Below are positions 62,111 through 64,000 of a DNA stretch of 64,000 bases, piece by piece. Position numbers and translations under genes: made by a program. Within the stretch, counting starts at the first letter, position 1, and each line of letters opens with the position of its first letter. Source of the stretch: an uncultured Ruminococcus sp. (GTDB lineage: Bacteria; Bacillota; Clostridia; Oscillospirales; Ruminococcaceae); contig CAMBLM010000005.1 in the NCBI GenBank assembly GCA_945868475.1, positions 102,117 through 166,116 on the forward strand. The letters run 5' to 3'. The notes below the pieces were generated by a model. The model was not told the origin of the DNA and ran no database searches. It saw only the letters and a list, made by a program, of their open reading frames with translations.

Positions 62111-64000
62111 TTAATTTTTAAAAGTACGGTCAACGCTTATAACATCGGGCAGCTTGCGTATCTTTGCAATGATGTTGTTGAGCTGTGCAACGCCTGCCGC
62201 ATTTATCGTTGCGAGAACGTTCGAGTTGCCGTTTTTGAGCATGCTCACGGAAATGTTCGTGAGCGGAATGTGAAGCTCCGCCATAAGCTTTGTTATGTCG
62301 GCGATGATGAGCATATTCTCCTTTGCAACGATGTCAAGGATAACACGGTAGGTAGTTTCATTGCTCGTTGCGGACGCCCACTTTGCTTCGACCCAGCGTT
62401 CGGGTTCTTTTCCGTCTTTCAAAGCGGCAAGATAGGTCGGGCAGTCCTGCTTGTGAATGGAAACGCCGTGACCTTTAGTGATAAAGCCGACAATATCATC
62501 ACCGGGGAGCGGATTGCAGCACTGCGCAAACTTGACGATGATGTTGTTTTCGCCCTCAACGATAACGCCCGAGCTGCTCTTGGACGGCTTTGTATTGCCC
62601 TTGACTTCGGCAATATCGGGCTGAGCATAATATTTGAGGTATTTATCCTTCAAACGCTGCATTATTCGGGAAAGAATAACGCCGCCGTAGCCGATAGCGG
62701 CATAGAAATCATCGACAGTCGAGCAGTTGTGACGCTTCATATCATCGGCAAGAAATTCGGGGAGCTGCTCGTCCGAAAGGTGGATAAAGTTGCGCTTGAA
62801 CTCCTTTTCAAGTTCATTTCTTCCCTGAACGATGTTTTCCTCGCGGCGTTCTTTTTTGAACCACGAGCGAATTTTCGATTTAGCTTCATTGGTGCGGCAG
62901 ATATCGAGCCATGCTCTGTTCGGAGCGTGATTTTCGTCATTCGAGGTTATGATCTCAACGATCTCACCCGTTTTGAGCTGATAATCGAGCGAAACGAGTT
63001 TTCCGTCAACCTTTGCGCCTTTCATCTTGTTGCCGACCTGCGTGTGGATGGCGTAGGCAAAGTCAACGATAGTCGAGCCGACGGGGAGCGTTATCATATC
63101 GCCCTTTGGAGTGAATGCAAAAATATCTTCGGGGGAAAGGTCATTTTTTATAGTGCGGACGATCTCCTCAACATCATCGGTTTCCTGCTGTGCTTCGATG
63201 ATCTGGCGAATCCAGGCAAGACGACCCTCAAGCTTGTCTTTTCCGCTGATGCCCTCTTTGTATTTCCAGTGTGCAGCGATACCGTATTCAGCAGTGTGGT
63301 GCATTTCCCAGGTCCGTATCTGGACTTCAAACGGGATGCCCTCACGTCCGATAACGGTCGTGTGGAGCGACTGGTACATATTCGCTTTCGGTGTTGCGAT
63401 ATAATCCTTGAATCGGTTCGGGATAGGCCGGAACATATCGTGGATGATTCCGAGCGCATTATAACACTCCGCAACCGTGTTCACGATTATGCGAACGGCG
63501 TATTTATCATAAATTTCATCAAAGCTCTTGCCCTGAATGAAAGCTTTCTTGTAAATGCCGTAGATTGACTTTACACGTCCGTCTATCTGCGGCTCACTGC
63601 CGAAGTTCTCTTCCTTGAAACGTGCGGCGATCTCAGCCTTTATCGATTCGATGAAAGCTTCGCGCTTGTCGCTGCGGATCTCAAGCATACGCTCTATCTC
63701 GCTGTAAGCATAAGGGTCAAGGTAGCGGAACGCGATGTCCTCGATCTCATCTTTGAGTGCTTTCATACCAAGACGGTTGGCGATAGGCGCATAGATATTC
63801 ATCGTTTCAAGAGCGGTGTTGCGCTGCTTTGCGGCAGGACGGTACTGCAGTGTGCGCATATTGTGGAGTCGGTCGCAAAGCTTGATGATGATGACGCGGA
63901 TATCCTGCGACATCGCAAGGAGTATCTTTCGCACATTCTCCGCCTGCTGTTCTTCCTTGGTGAAGAGCGGGATCTTTCCGAGCTTTGTAACGCCGTCAAC
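62111..64000 (-). CDS. relA: Bifunctional (p)ppGpp synthetase/hydrolase RelA/SpoT homolog (5' end off the window)
   Basis: The reading frame stays open to the window edge. Motifs: DRLHNMRTL, RFKDYIATPKANMYQSLHTTV, plus TGS and ACT regions. Confidence 0.95.
   Translation of the reverse strand, partial: VDGVTKLGKIPLFTKEEQQAENVRKILLAMSQDIRVIIIKLCDRLHNMRTLQYRPAAKQRNTALETMNIYAPIANRLGMKALKDEIEDIAFRYLDPYAYSEIERMLEIRSDKREAFIESIKAEIAARFKEENFGSEPQIDGRVKSIYGIYKKAFIQGKSFDEIYDKYAVRIIVNTVAECYNALGIIHDMFRPIPNRFKDYIATPKANMYQSLHTTVIGREGIPFEVQIRTWEMHHTAEYGIAAHWKYKEGISGKDKLEGRLAWIRQIIEAQQETDDVEEIVRTIKNDLSPEDIFAFTPKGDMITLPVGSTIVDFAYAIHTQVGNKMKGAKVDGKLVSLDYQLKTGEIVEIITSNDENHAPNRAWLDICRTNEAKSKIRSWFKKERREENIVQGRNELEKEFKRNFIHLSDEQLPEFLADDMKRHNCSTVDDFYAAIGYGGVILSRIMQRLKDKYLKYYAQPDIAEVKGNTKPSKSSSGVIVEGENNIIVKFAQCCNPLPGDDIVGFITKGHGVSIHKQDCPTYLAALKDGKEPERWVEAKWASATSNETTYRVILDIVAKENMLIIADITKLMAELHIPLTNISVSMLKNGNSNVLATINAAGVAQLNNIIAKIRKLPDVISVDRTFKN

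Noticed and set aside
62270-63568. A 432-aa ORF on the plus strand, antisense to relA. Similar long antisense ORFs occur at 30034-30978 (vs MMPL), 9818-10699 (vs pckA), 34077-34862 (vs galT), 5384-6112 (vs sigF), 12604-13329 (vs ilvD), 47825-48511, 50293-50931 and 53637-54269.
   Set aside because: In each case the opposite strand encodes a protein with unmistakable family motifs. The antisense translations are Cys/Phe/Arg/Val-rich with no recognisable domains, RBS or sensible boundaries. They are shadow ORFs produced by codon bias.

Overview
This window looks like chromosomal DNA from a spore-forming Clostridia-type Firmicute; the taxon is inferred from gene content and canonical TTGACA-17-TATAAT promoters. 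About 55 protein genes are supportable. Most are housekeeping or metabolic: the spoIIAA-spoIIAB-sigF operon, pckA, a manA-glcK-ilvD operon, an Amt-PII fusion, galT, mgtE, apt, rlmA, rlmD, hemZ and relA. There are also glycoside hydrolases (GH2, GH59), a Cd/Zn-type P1B-ATPase module, a TetR-MMPL-giant surface protein cluster, an SOS-type Y-family polymerase/YolD cassette, two ABC modules, and a small decayed accessory islet at about 47-51.5 kb. I found no rRNA, tRNA, CRISPR array, transposase or recognisable defence system. The most unusual content is non-coding. (1) A dense family of about 100-bp palindromic MITE/REP-like elements (family A, 7 copies) sits at gene 3' ends, and three copies donate the last codons and the stop codon to host ORFs. 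(2) A second family of about 180-200-bp hairpin elements (family B, 3 copies) includes two copies with TAAA target-site duplications. One copy is nested inside a family-A copy between spoIIAB and sigF, and another is embedded in the pckA 5' UTR. (3) A 33-bp inverted repeat built from four GCNTAAT heptamers brackets the convergent terminators after pckA. (4) An ANTAR-like dual-hexaloop/terminator leader precedes the amt-PII fusion gene. All functional calls rest on my reading of the translated ORFs and motifs, with no database search run. Repeat and structure calls were read directly from the sequence.
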